The notes beneath the pieces are model-generated. The model was not told where the DNA came from and searched no databases. It saw only the letters and a list, made by a program, of their open reading frames with translations. Source: Lama glama (Eukaryota). Taken from it: 64,000 nt of DNA. Shown in pieces: positions 1-13,149 of this stretch. Each line of letters starts with the position of its first letter. Position 1 is the stretch's first letter. The stretch spans positions 97,032,001 to 97,096,000 of the forward strand of contig CM052816.1 in the NCBI GenBank assembly GCA_028534125.1, in the 5' to 3' direction. A program made the position numbers and the translations under genes.

Positions 1-1140
1 ATGTACAGCATAATGTCCCAGTCATGCATATACATATATATGTTTTCATATATTTTCATTAAAGGTTATTAAAAATATTGAATATAGTTCCCTGTGCTAC
101 ACAGAAGAAAATTTTTAATCTATTTTTATATATAGTGGCTAATATTTGCAAATTCCAAACTCCCAAACTTTTCCCTTCCCACTCCCTTTCTCTGGTAGCC
201 ATACAATTGTTTCCTATGTCTGCAAATCTGTTTCTGTCTTGTAGATGCGTTCATTAGTGTTCTTTTTTTTTTAAGAGTCCACATATGAGTGATATATGGT
301 ATTTTTCTCTTTCTGGCTTACTTCACTTAGAATGATCATCTCCAGGTCCACCCATGTTGCTGCAAATGGCATTATTTTCTTTTTTATGGCTGAGTAGTAT
401 TCAATTGTGTAAATATACCCCAACTTCTTTATCTAGTCATCTGTCAATGGACATTTAGGTTATTTCCATGTCTTGGCTATTGTAAACAGTGCTGCTATGA
501 ACACTGGGGTGCATGTATCTTTTTGAATTAAGGTTCCCTCTGAATATATGCCCAGGAGTGGGACTGCTGGATCATAGGGTAAGTCTATCTTTAGTTTTTT
601 AAAGAACCTCCATACGGTTTTCCAGAGTGGCTGCACCAAACTGCATTCCCACCAGCAGTGCAGGAGGGTTCCCTTTTCTCCACACCCTCTCCACCATTTA
701 TCGTTTGTGGACTTTTGAACGATGGCCATTCTGACTGGTGTGAGGTGATACCTCATTGTAGTTTTGATTTGCATCTCTCTGATAATTTTGAGCATTTTCT
801 CATGTGCCTATTGGCCATTTGTACGTCTTCACTGGAGAAATGTTTATTCAAGTCTTCTGTCCATTTTTGGATTGGCTTGGTTTTTTTTTTTTTATTAAGT
901 TGTATGAGCTGTTTATATATTCTGGAAATTAAGCCTTTTGTCAGTCAAACCATTTGCAAATATTTTCTCCCTTTCCAAGGGTGTTGTTTTGTTTTGCTTG
1001 TGGTCTCCTTTGCTGTGCGAAGGTCGAGTGTAACTAGGTCCCATGTGTTCATTTTCGCCTTGTTCCCGTCGCCCGGGTAGCCTGCCCTGGGAGACCTGCT
1101 GAGGTTCGTCCGAGAACGTTTGCCTGTTTTCTTCTAGGGG
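1..1140 (-). mobile_element. LINE-1 3' fragment (ORF2 C-terminus plus 3'UTR), 5'-truncated and degenerate
   Basis: ORF 460-795(-) reads [18 protein letters not shown]...[18 protein letters not shown]...[12 protein letters not shown], the typical L1 ORF2 C-terminal Cys-rich region; L1 3'UTR-like sequence in 1-460. Confidence 0.95.
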
Positions 1141-2687
1141 GTTTTCGCATTTAGCACTTTTTAGAAATCAGACCAAATGTTCTGTAATCCATTTTTATTT
1201 CCTATGCCATGAACTGTTTGTGTGTGTTTAGAAATTCTTCAGTGTGGCCATTGTGGGTAGCTTCTCATAGTTGATTTTTAATTCTATTTGGATTAGCAAA
1301 TAATGCCTTAATTTGCTGCATTTTCCTTTATGGCCTAGCTCATGTTTCAAGTGTATCTGAAACCAACGTGGGTGCCTCATTTGTTGAATGTGGCACATAC
1401 GTCATCTCGTTTGCAAACTGTGATGTTCAAATTCTCGTGTATCTTCATCTGACCGTTCATGGCTAGATTAGTGCCCCAGTACTATGGCGTCTGGAATTCA
1501 GTGTAGAACACTTGCACACAGACCCATCGGTGTGTTAACAGAGCGAAGACTGTGTGTAGTCAGCATTCTAATGAGGATAATAAATACGTAATGACCAGTA
1601 ATGACCATCTTGCTCCTAAGCTCTTCAATTAATTCCACCAGCAACCAGCATTGTTGCTGAAAGTAATGGGGCCAGCCGAGGCTTCTTAGAATGACTGAGG
1701 TTAGAAAGGAGCTCTGACTGACTACTTAGTGGCATTAAGATATGATGGAGTTTGGACATTAGTTCAGAGCACTCCCCACCCCTACATAAACAAGGCCAAA
1801 GACTTTTTCTAGCAAGACTCTTGGGTGGAGGGCCGCTCATGGTGCTAGGAGGAACAAAACCCTGCCCCTGGAATACCCACAACCACCGTGAATAAACTTT
1901 CCAGCAAGATGTGAAACTTCATGAAAGACGTGGCTGGACCACCTAGAGACAGCACCTTGTTAAGCTGACGGATGGGTTGTAGGATGCTGTGTGCCTGGTT
2001 GGCTAATGAACTGTTTAGTATCTGCACGCGCTGCAGAATCTAGACTGGGATCCATTTTCACTACTGTCTGTGGGCAAGATTGAAGGAGCAGCTGATCAAT
2101 ACCTAAAACCTGGTATCTAACAACAGAAATAATCGGGTTGTTGTGCATAAACCAGGTGCCCGGCCAGGTTCCGGGGCCTCCATGACTACATCTGTCTCCT
2201 CAGGGACTCACCAGCCTTGGGGTCAGGCACTGACCCACAGCGCAGGGAGGCGAGCACAAGCTGTACAGTGTGTCTTCCGTCAGTTGTCAGTACGGAGTAT
2301 TGTTCTTTGTCCCTTTCAATGTTTTCACCTTAAGTCTATTTCAGCTGATACATATATAACATGCGTATAATTTTGCTTGATGTGTTTTCTTGTGCTTTCT
2401 GTTTTTTCAGAAATATTTCTGCTATGAAATATATGAAGTATATGAGATTAGAGAATGTAATAAACATTCATGAAGGCTTAACACACCTTAATACAGTATT
2501 TCCTTCAGAATTTTATTTTTCAAAATGACCAGAAGACTTTCACAGGTAGAGATTTGTTTTTCAAACGCCAATCTCTTTAATATAAAAAACAATATATGCT
2601 GGAGACTTGGAGAAACGTTTTCACATCCGTTTTACATTTTGTTTTCAGCTCTGACATATTTTATGAGAGGATGTGTCACTGGAAACG

Positions 2688-3020
2688 TCTTAGCCCACGT
2701 GCGCTGCGGTAACAGAATACCACTGAGGGGCTTTAAACAACAGAAACGGCTCAGAGTTCTGGCACCGGAGCTCAAGGCCAGGTGCCCGTATTTGTCGGGT
2801 TCTGGTGAAGGCCCCCCCCCCCCGGCTGCTGGGTGCCGACTCCTCACTGCCCCCGCCAGGCAGGAGGAGCTGGAGCCTCTTAACAAGGGCGCTGATCCCC
2901 GACCCGAGGGCTCCACCTTCACGACCTGATCACCCCCAAGACCCCAGCTCCCACCACCATCACAGTGGAGGGTAGGATTTGAACATGAGTTTTGGGGGAT
3001 GTAAATATTCAGACCATAGG
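2688..3020 (-). mobile_element. MaLR LTR (MLT1A-like)
   Basis: Reverse strand begins ctatggtctgaatatttacatcccccaaaactcatgttcaaatcc; forward ttaaacaacagaaa...agttctgg motif typical of MLT1. Confidence 0.7.
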
Positions 3021-3917
3021 AGGAATTTTGAAAATATAAGGCTATTAAGTAGGTATATTAAGCCTAAGCTGAAGCTCGCACGAGATGATGGAAGTAAAAT
3101 ACATCACGTGGAAGAACTAAAAAAATACGCCAGAGGGAGCCAAAATAAAAAGGTAGGGAGTGAGGAGGGCTGAATGGAGAAGGAAAAGACTGTAGCTTTA
3201 CTAAAAAATGTACTTGTTCACATCTGTAAATTGAATGCAAATTTCCCTGAATTCTGGAACTGTGATACTAAAATAGAAGTAACTTTGGTAAATAAATCAT
3301 ATGCCAGAGTGGAATTTCAAAACGTTTCATATTCCTAGCATCATTAAAAAACTAAATCTCTGTCAGTATTACCTTAAAATATTTTTTGTCAGAAATATAG
3401 TTTTGGTAATAAATCACTTAATAAAATTATATAAACATAATCTGATATGCCATACATATGTAATCTTAACACAGTAATATGAATACTCTTTATGGTATAT
3501 TTTACATAGGAATATAAGTTATTTTTAGATTATTTTAAAAAGTGGTAACAAGTTCACAGGATTTAACTATCTACCCAGTTAACTCTAGTGCCCACAACCC
3601 ATATTGCACAGATACAGATTCCCTGTGAGCTGGTCAGGGTCCCTGCAAAGTTCTCCAGGACGCAGAGGTGGCCCCGGGAGGTGCTGGTGGAGTGAGAGCT
3701 GCCTTCCAGCTCAGGGAGGTTAGGGGAGGGGTGGGGACGGGGGCAGATATGGAAAACTGAATCGAAAGTTTCCGATATTGTTAAATGGTCCACCACCCTC
3801 CCTTCCTCTAAGAAATGTTAAAAATTTTTTAATTGAAAGTCTCAATCTTCAGTAAAGTTGTCTTTTAGTACATTCAGTCAAGAAAGCTTAATTCTCTTCC
3901 TCTATTTTCCAACTTTA

Positions 3918-4059
3918 TCACCAAATATCCTGAAGATACCGTTTTTCTTCTTTTAAAGTAGCCAATGTTCTCATTGCTTCTAGTTTCTCAACTCCAACCT
4001 CTTTGCTTATTACTTCCACAAGGGCATCATTCACATCCTTCGCCATATTCTTAGCGTCT
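3918..4059 (-). CDS. MTRR: MTRR exon 15 (last coding exon)
   Basis: tttgtag|A GAC GCT AAG AAT ATG...; [46 protein letters not shown] (TGA at 3920-3918). Confidence 0.95.
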
Positions 4060-6296
4060 CTACAAAAAAAGAACAGCATTGATGTTCAAGAAATGGGAAT
4101 TTTTACCAAATCCTCCTGAATTCACAATCTCATCGCTGGTGGCTCCACTATCACGACACCTCAGTCCTCCCTCCGTGCATCTAGAAAGTGTCCCACAGGC
4201 CTCCCAGCCTCAGTCACCTATCATCCCTGCAATGCCAGGCCTTCATGGGGACCACACTGCTCATGGCTCAACATCCTTCAAGGGCGTCCCTGCTCCGGGA
4301 GCAGCCGAAATCTGTGTTTGAGGACCTCACAACCCGCCCCTTCACACCTGTCTTCCCTCTGTTCTCAAGGCACACAGCGTGACTTGCACTCCTGAGAACA
4401 AGCTGCCTTTACACCACTAGGCCTGCACATGCATGCTCACATGTGCACACGCAGTTACTCACAGACACATTTTACTGAGCACCTGCTGAGGGCCTCAGCT
4501 CTCACTAAGAGCTCTTCCACGTCCCAGCTCCTTCACCCGCAGGACGGGCGAGGCGCCCCTCCCCAGTGCGCCTGCAGCCCCCAAGCAGCACCTGCCATCC
4601 CCGAGCATCTGCTGACTGGCCTTTCCCACGGAGGGGGTGGTTTGGGGTGCGGAGTCTACCTCCTTGATGTCCCGTTTCTCTGACATCCGTACAGTGCCAA
4701 AGTGCTCAGTACACACTCGTTTGTTTGTTGAATGAATAAAAGTGTCAGACAGCACTCAAGTGTCAGAACTTGAGCTTATCCTGTCACTTACAATAAAACT
4801 TCCTGAGAAGATCATGTATAAAGAAAGGCTGTCTCAACTTCCCCATCACACTCTCTCAACGACTCCAAGAAAGCTTCTGTCCCCGTGGCCCCTCCCCATG
4901 GCTCAGGGGCTGCCAGTCACTAAACCTACTGGTCCCTTCTCTGTCCCCTTTTTACTTGACTATCAGCAGCAAAGGCTCCCCCTTGAGACGGTGTCCCCGG
5001 GCTTAGGGACAAGTTTGCTCTTTTTGCGTGGCTGTTCCTTCTCAGTCTCCTTTGCTCGGTCCATGTTAAAGTGAGTGGGGTTTCCCTCTGAGCCCTCGCC
5101 TGACCAGCTACGAACCCTACCGACTTCACTCCAGAGGGGTGAAAACAAAGCACCAGTTATGGTAAGGAGTTATTTCTGGGTTAATGTTTTAAGAGTTTGG
5201 ATGTTTAAGAAATCCTCCAATTCTCAATTACCAGTTTCTGATACATCTGTACGTATGTATTTTCACAATGGATTTCAGCTCTATTATTACAGGTGCATCT
5301 AAGACGCCAGCCTCTGACACTGACGGCACTGTCCTTTACAAACAAAACGAAGACCAAATACTTCATTAAAAGTGAATGAAAACGTAAACTGACAATCTCT
5401 GCCCTTTAAGACCTAAAGCAGTGGTTTCTAGCTGAGTCACTAACGGGTCGTGAAATCAACTTAGTACCCACAGATAGTTTTTTTTTTAATGAAACAAACA
5501 AAGCAGAAGTCATCAGAATGTGTCATAAAGAATTAAGTCAGAAAAGTTCGTTCTTGTTTCAATTATACTTATAGGTCATTATGCCAGTATTTCTTTTTCT
5601 GTATCACAGCTTAAAAATACCCCAAAACTTGACTTGGTGACTTAGTGAATGTTTCAAATGCCAGGGATCTATTAGAATAAAAAAGAATAATTCTTTACTT
5701 CAAAACTCCTTTTTAAAAATCTAGCAAAAATTCCTTGAGTTCCATTAAAACGAGCAGCCAAGATCCTAACATTTTTACTCTCTTTGGTGATCTCAGGTTT
5801 CCATAACGAATGCTTCCTCAAAAAATAAAATACAACCTACGAATGACTCCTGGCTATGCCCACTCTGACATTACAAATTACGCGGTGAAGAAAAAGAATC
5901 CCAGATCCACATTCTGAGTCAAAACCAAAGATTTTCTCCTTAGCTAGGTCAACTGCACAAAGCACACACTGCGACACAACAGCATGCATCCTGAAACTCC
6001 AGGTTAAAGGGTCACCAGCTTAACACGGCATGACTTTTAGAGCCTAAAACATGTATTTAAAGCAGCACAGACCACTCCCCAGTGCATGACTTAATTTTCA
6101 CCATTTTCCTGGTAACGACAATTTCGTGACTATTAAACGTATGTTAAAATCATACCAGAATTTGTATTTCTATCCCTGTCCTTAAGAATCAAATCTTTCA
6201 CCCGTACGTGTCTAGATTATTAACTGATCGGCCCTGTTTCTTTAGCAAGCATCACCGACCGCCCTCCCCTCGCCACCTGAGCACGTGGCCACTTAC

Positions 6297-6479
6297 CCAC
6301 ACACGTAAATATAGCCATTCTCGTGAAGAAGGACCCTCGCCACCTGCTTGCTGTGACGCTGGATATGGTCTTGCACGTACTTCACTGGGGCTTCCTCCTC
6401 CCCCACACGAGCATCTCTTGAGAAGGAAACTTTCAAGTGAGTTAGAATTCCACACTTAAGGAAATGTCTGAGCTCTTCT
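6297..6479 (-). CDS. MTRR: MTRR exon 14
   Basis: [22 protein letters not shown]...KYVQD...YIYVCG; tttcag acceptor, GTAAGT donor. Confidence 0.95.
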
Positions 6480-6570
6480 CTGAAATGCAAAACATACAGG
6501 TCGCTAGAAGGTTTGTAACTTAAAGCTGAAAAGGTCTGAAATGAGAACTGCCCACTAGCAGGGAAAATAC

Positions 6571-6663
6571 CTGAATAAATAGTCCTTGTCCTTGTGTCTG
6601 CAGCCAAAGAACAACCACGTCGCTCCGAAGCGCCCGCCCAGGCGCTGCTCTCGGAGTTTCTCC
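6571..6663 (-). CDS. MTRR: MTRR exon 13
   Basis: [30 protein letters not shown]; cgtag acceptor, GTATT donor; followed by a 91-bp intron. Confidence 0.95.
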
Positions 6664-7732
6664 CTACGTGAAAAAGCAGGTTGAGATGCTTGATAGAAAG
6701 AACAGGTAAAACCAATCTCTGTTTGGTCAGGAAGTATCACTGACAAACCCAGATGGGCCTGCAGAACCCACCTCTGCGGTCACACAAAGTCCACTTACTG
6801 AATTCACCCCTTACCACCCGCGGGGAGCCTGAGCCACTGCAGCAGACGCTGAAACGAGCTGGCTGGCGAGCCGTCGTCACCTACGCGCTTTCTACGTCAT
6901 CTCTATCATGGGCTCATTCAAAATACCAGTGTGAAGCCTAACTTCTACATTAAATATTAATTATAATTTTATGAATAAAATTAACTCAATTCATAAAATG
7001 GAAAAGTGGCTGAAAAGGTAGGATGACTTGCTGTGAAACGTTTCAGAAATAATGGCCCCTCCAAGGATCACACTGAGTGTATCTGCCATTACCTTTTTGC
7101 TTTAAGGAAAGAAATAAAACAAAAGAAAATAAAACAGCAAAAAAGACTCTGTCCAAAGGGTACTGCTACACTGTCCAGGGAACATTACATAAGAATTGTT
7201 ATTTCACAAGCAGGAAGAGAAGCACAATTTCATCTACTTATTTTATATCAAATAGTTGTGTTCTGATACAAAGATACATGTATTAATATCATTCTGTTGA
7301 AAATTACTGGTGTCGGGGGTTTAACTTTGAAACTTGTGGTATAACTGGATCTCTGTTACTGCTGACTTCATCCAGTTAAGGAGTAGCTGACATCAGAGCA
7401 GCATCAAGGTGTGCCTGAGATCTGTCCCCAGCTACATGCACTATAAACCACAGTGCAGTGGGGGGGGGGGGCGCTGGGGGGACAAGACGGGACATAGCAC
7501 CGCAGTGGAAAGGGACGTTTCAGCACAGAGCCGCATCCCCAGAAGATACATTTACTTCTCCCATGGGGACAAATTATGCTATCACACACTTGATAATGAT
7601 TTTTTAAAATAAAAATTTTACAACCAAAGTCCAATGTTCTAAAAACTACCAAAGAAATAGAAAAGTCCTCTATTATATTCCCACCCAGAATCTCAAGGGG
7701 TACATTTCTCACCAGCCAAAGAAAGCACATAC

Positions 7733-7851
7733 CTGTGCTGCAGGAAACCAATGAAGGGCGCCACGCCCGCTCCTGGTCCCACCATTATGACAGGGGCGGA
7801 GGGGTCATTCGGTAAGTGGAAAAAATTTGTCGTTCGAGGAGAGATGGATAT
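7733..7851 (-). CDS. MTRR: MTRR exon 12
   Basis: [39 protein letters not shown]; tttcag acceptor, GTATG donor. Confidence 0.95.
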
Positions 7852-10465
7852 CTGAAATATTAAGCCAATGGTCGTAAGTTCAAAAAATACCTAGACAAAA
7901 ACATATAACCAAGGTGATCTCTGCTGAAGAAACCAGGAAGTACGACTTCCCTCAAAGAAGCATCATAAAACTAAACTGCAGCATTAAATCTCACTGAAAC
8001 CACAAACACACCTGTCAACACAGAGAAATGAGTCTGTCTCACAAATTTTTCTTTTCTATCCAAGTCAAAGGTGTTTTAAGAATGATACGCATGATATTTC
8101 TGAGGAAGAACACTGAATAAATAATAATCAGATTCTTTTTCTAGGCCCAAGAAAAGGATCTGCTTCCTAGTAGGCAACTGATTCTATGCAGCATGAAGAA
8201 ATGCACAAAAAACAGACACATGACCTTTCATGTTAGGACATGAAGGACAATGAAGACTGCCCTCGAGATGGGGAGATGGCTTTAGGCCCAATCTGGCAAC
8301 CAGAAGGGGAATTAAGGGGCTGCTCCGAAGATGTAGAGAACTGGGCTGTATCTGTTACTCTAGGTCCAATGTGATTTGTGTTTTGTTGCAAAACTAGAAG
8401 AATAAGTGATAGACAGATAAGCAAAATCTTTTGGTTACAATTTCGAAAGGTTTTCCTTCTAAATCATGTGCCAAGGATGCCCACAAGTTATCAATTTGTA
8501 AACACGTGTATCTTCCAGTGCCTGAGTGGCACTAACAGTCAAGAAAGACAGGAATCTTTCCCACATTCCTCGCCTGTGTAACTAAGTATTTTAACCTCTA
8601 TTAGAGAAAAATCGTATGAAGTTCATCAACAGGATGAACACAGTACTTTCTAAATGAAGAACTGGCAGAGCTGTGTCAAATGGCTATGGTTTCATTCTCG
8701 TTTTGGAATGAAACTGTGATTAACATCACATTAGCCTGATTCACTTGATTCCTTCCCTTACTTTCATAGAAGGTACTCAACATGACAAGCAGTACAACTG
8801 AAAAATGAACAAAACCACCTCCATCTTTGTGTGACTTACATTACATGGGTGGAAAAGACAATAAACACACATATATCTATGGACTGACAGGTAGTGGTAA
8901 GTTCCAGGAAGCAAAAGAAAACAGGATGTGAAGGGTGCGGCAGGAAGTGTTAACGAGAGCTCACTGCCGTCTTCCAGGCACGGGCGGCAAGGAGACCAGA
9001 CGCTCACCGCCGGCTCTCCCCAATGGCTGCAGCTCTGCACCACGATCTCCTCCACCTGGATCCAAACCCGAGGAGCACCCCTGACCTGGATCACCCCACC
9101 TGACGTCAGAGGGAAAGGGCAAGGGAGGCGAGCCACATGCCACGCCACCTGCTCAGAGCTCCTGCTCAAAGGTGACATAATCCTGCCTGCTCACCCCTCA
9201 CTGCCAGGGCTGGTCCACTGGCCAGGCTGAGCATCGGTGAGAAGGGAAGCCTACCCCCTCCACAGCAGGGACACCTGTGAACAACTGTACTGTCTACCAG
9301 CTGGGGGAGGGCGTGTGGCGGACGGATCGTGTGAACGTTAACGTGGTCTCCACTTCCTAATGAAATACAGTACTATCAGCACGTTGAAATTTAACTAATT
9401 TTAAATTGTATCCTTTATATAAATGGGGAAGGGAGGATGGGGGGAAAACGCGTGAAAGAGAATGCTTACTGTTTGTAAGACGTTATCAATATGCTTTTGT
9501 GTAACATTCTGGAGAGCATCTGCTGTGATCATGAAGTGACGTAATACTTTACGTCAGTACTATAGTGTTTCTTTTCAAAAAAGAAATCTCCCAGGTTCTC
9601 AGTATTTTACTAATGCATAATAATCTAAGAGTCCAAGGGCCACACACAGCAAAGCACCTGTTCCAGGCAGCACACTGGGAAAATACCAAGTTAAAAGGCA
9701 ATTTCAAGCACTAATCTTCCCTTAAGCCTCAACTATATACCAGAAATCTTAATCCCCACTAAGTGCTTTCAACTTCAGTAACTTACAGCAACCAAATCAG
9801 TAGTAAGATAACACTACAAATGATGTGTTCATTTTTCAATACCATGGAGACTTCATGATAAAGACTGATATTTTTTTTTTTTAAATTTCAACCATCCTCA
9901 CCAGTGAGGAGGGACAACAGTAACTGGTCCCCAATGTGTGGTCTCTAATGAGATTCTACCAAGTGTAGATCAAAATACAAAATAATACCACGGCCCTGAC
10001 AAAAAGGGAAGGAACAAGGGCAGGGGAAAATCCTACTATTCATAGTTGAAAGACATAAAATTAATCTTCAGTTGTCAACTGACTGCCATTTTAAAGTGAC
10101 TTATTCGGAACACAGGATACAGACTGAACGTAAGATGAGCTGTTTCGCGTCACCCGACTCTTCCTGAGCCAATCTGCCAAGAATATTAACAGAAAAGGTC
10201 TCCTCCTCCACGACTGTGACAAGCCAGGAGGAAAGACTATTATCTGAAATCCACACGTTACATATTTAGAAAATACAGACTACTTAACAGTGAGTGAAAG
10301 TAATGTTTCCTGACTTTCCAAAAGAGATTTTAAAATTCAAGTGTGGCATAAATTTCCTCTGAAACACGCTGACGGCAACGGACAGAGCAGGAGACACTCC
10401 ACTGCTGTTTCTAACCAGGCAAACGGCATAGTTTCAGTGATCCCGAAACCGCACACTTGTCATAC

Positions 10466-10652
10466 CTGGGGAGCCAGGGCCTCCTCGCCGTCTGCAGGGG
10501 GCGCACGCGTGTTTGGCTGAAGCATCGATTCAACCAGCGTGGCCAGCCAGCCTGTGCACACGCCCCTGCGCAGGATCCCCGCTGCGGAGTCAGACGGAAA
10601 CTCCACAATGTTAAAAATGAAATGAAGCTTCCCTGGGTGAAACAGACTGGAG
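10466..10652 (-). CDS. MTRR: MTRR exon 11
   Basis: [18 protein letters not shown]...[10 protein letters not shown]...ALAPQ; contains the FAD-binding GVCTGWL motif. Confidence 0.95.
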
Positions 10653-11208
10653 CTACAAAGACACAGAGATGGGGTTTTAAATGCCGCATTAGGATGAGCA
10701 CACACAGGCCAAACTAGGCCTTCTCACTGCACTGAGGGGTGTTTCCTAATAGGCTCTGACTTACCTTCTGACTCTTCCAAGAGCAGCTTTGTTCCCTACT
10801 GAAAAGCCACCCCGGCCTCCAGCTTTACATCATTTAGGAAAGCTTCCAGTTACCTGCCTGCCTCCAAGATTACACAGGATTCACACAAACTTCCCTGTCT
10901 CCTCCCTACCTCCTCTGCCGCCCAGGGACGGCGCCGGGCACACCAATCAAAGCAGCAGATGGAGGATCTGGACGCTCACTAAGAGGGGAACCATGGGAGC
11001 CACTGAAGATTCCACATCCTATGAACTCCTGGAGGACAGGAGTCTAAGTCCAGTCTTCATCCTCATCCCTATCGTGTCTGCTGCTGTCTTCCACAAACCT
11101 GAGCAGCTTTCAGTAAATGAACTTGCAGCTACTAAAGATTCAGAAGTCAAGGGTTTCATCGCGTCTTAGGAGAAAGACGCCGTGCATCGTGCTAATGAAC
11201 ATCAGTAC

Positions 11209-11251
11209 CTTGCACAGGAGTACGGTCTGGGTTGCAGCTTAGGAAGATGCT
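11209..11251 (-). CDS. MTRR: MTRR exon 10
   Basis: HLPKLQPRPYSCA (RxYS FAD motif); ttctag acceptor, GTACTG donor. Confidence 0.95.
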
Positions 11252-13149
11252 CTAGAAGAAAATAATAAGCAGTTATTAATTCATTTCTACTGAAAACAAA
11301 TTATATGCGAAGGGTAAAAATTCAAGGTCTGAATTTGATTCCTGTTTTCTCTTATTTGGAATATTCAAAACAGCATGTTTCAGTTTTAAATCATATTTTA
11401 CAGCACACATTTACTTATTTTAGAGTAAATTCACTGTGTCTAAGTAAAATAGTACTAAATATTTTTTCCAATTCTTAAAGACCAGACATACCACATTTCC
11501 TCACTCTGAACTCAGTATGTCTACCTAAAGGGGGGTTTTTGTTTTTTTTTTTTTCACCCTGAAGGATGAGAAGAACAGGATCCACGAATGTGCTTCATAA
11601 TCAGGGAAAAGTACACCCTGTGTGTGCACCTGTGTGTGTACAAACACATTTCTGGGGCACAATGTCCAGAGTTTTCGGATTATTAAGATAATGACCCAAA
11701 AAAAGATAAAAGACCACTATTTTAAGGGCTATGGAAAATGCTCAGGCTTGAAATATTTTTCTTTTTTATATTAATACGGCAGTAACAAAAATGGGAGTGT
11801 AACAGTGGAATATAATCAAATGATCCAGAAACCAAGTGGTTTCCAGACACATAGGTACACTTTTAAAAGAAGATTAAGAAGTGTCAATATTTGAATACCT
11901 AACTGTCCACTAACAGACTGGACATTGTGTTCAGTACGTTATAGACGGTTATTTCCCCAAAATTTGGAAAGACCTTTCTAAGATATCTTACAGTCAGAAT
12001 ATCAGAATAAGGTTTAATAGAGGGCTTGACTTAATACTAACCTTTAAATATATTAAGTTTTCTGACAAAATTAGAAAATAACTAAAAATTTTATAAGTCT
12101 TTTTTTTTACATTATCTATGTAATAAGTGATATATACAAGTTTAAAAAAGTAACAGGAAATTTGTAAAAAGGACTGAAACACATTTTCCGTGATGAACAG
12201 CTTTACGAGACTTCCTAGAACTGCCCTACACACATTCTGATGGGTCACCAACCCCTCATTAGCTCAAGACTGGACCGATGAGGGTGAGAACGTTCATTTG
12301 AGAGGGAAATAGGAAGAGCGGCCTCACCATCCTGAGGAGGAGGAAGGAAAATACTAATAAATAAAAAGGAAAAGCAAACAGGGCCCGACTTGTAAAGGAG
12401 AGGGCCCCCTCCTGTCCTGGGCATCAAAAGGGACCTTGCTGGCCAGCGTCCATGTTCTCCTGTCACCCAAGACTGATGCAAGTCCCAAACATTTCACTGC
12501 TTATCTCGATAGGAAAACAGATGAGATGATGAAACTACAAGCACAGGAAATAATAAAGGTTTTAAAATCCTATAAAATTCTTATAGGCACTGTCCCTGGT
12601 AAATGTCTCCAGTTCCTGCCACTCCTCTGCGGGAGTATGAGGCCCAGGAGAAACAATCTGGACAAAAACCAGGGCAGCCTTACACTCGGACGTTTTGTGA
12701 ACGGTCCCTCACAAGCCTAACCCCCAGAGGCACAGTGAGTAAGACCCCACGTCTGTACTGGTCCAACATGAGGAGCCCCCTTTGGCTCTTCAAAAACCCT
12801 AAATCTCAACTTGCCAGGATGGGGCATTTCTGTGTCTGCACACAGAGCGCGTGCTTTATCAAACTCCATCAATAATCATTATCTTTGAAAAAGATAGTTT
12901 TTTCCTTGGGAAGCTCGTTTTTAAATAAAATTTGACCAGATGCTTTCTGAAAAACAGAATTAAAACTGGCTGTATTAAGAGAGCAAGTGACAGTGGCAAC
13001 ATAGGAAAGAAAATTTTTTTTAATGTAAATGCTTGGAAGAGAGATTCTTTAACTTCAAGGCAGTTCAGATGTCCAGGCGCCCTGGGACAAACGGGAAGAC
13101 CACTTACAGACCAGTCACTGAGCTGTGCTCCCAGGCGCCTGCAGGGAAC

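Noticed and set aside
658..1080. 140-aa plus-strand ORF
   Set aside because: Antisense frame of the L1 ORF2 fragment
3915..3920. TGA before TAA in MTRR as a selenocysteine codon
   Set aside because: No SECIS recognised and MTRR is not a known selenoprotein; a simple nonsense change at the last codon is more parsimonious
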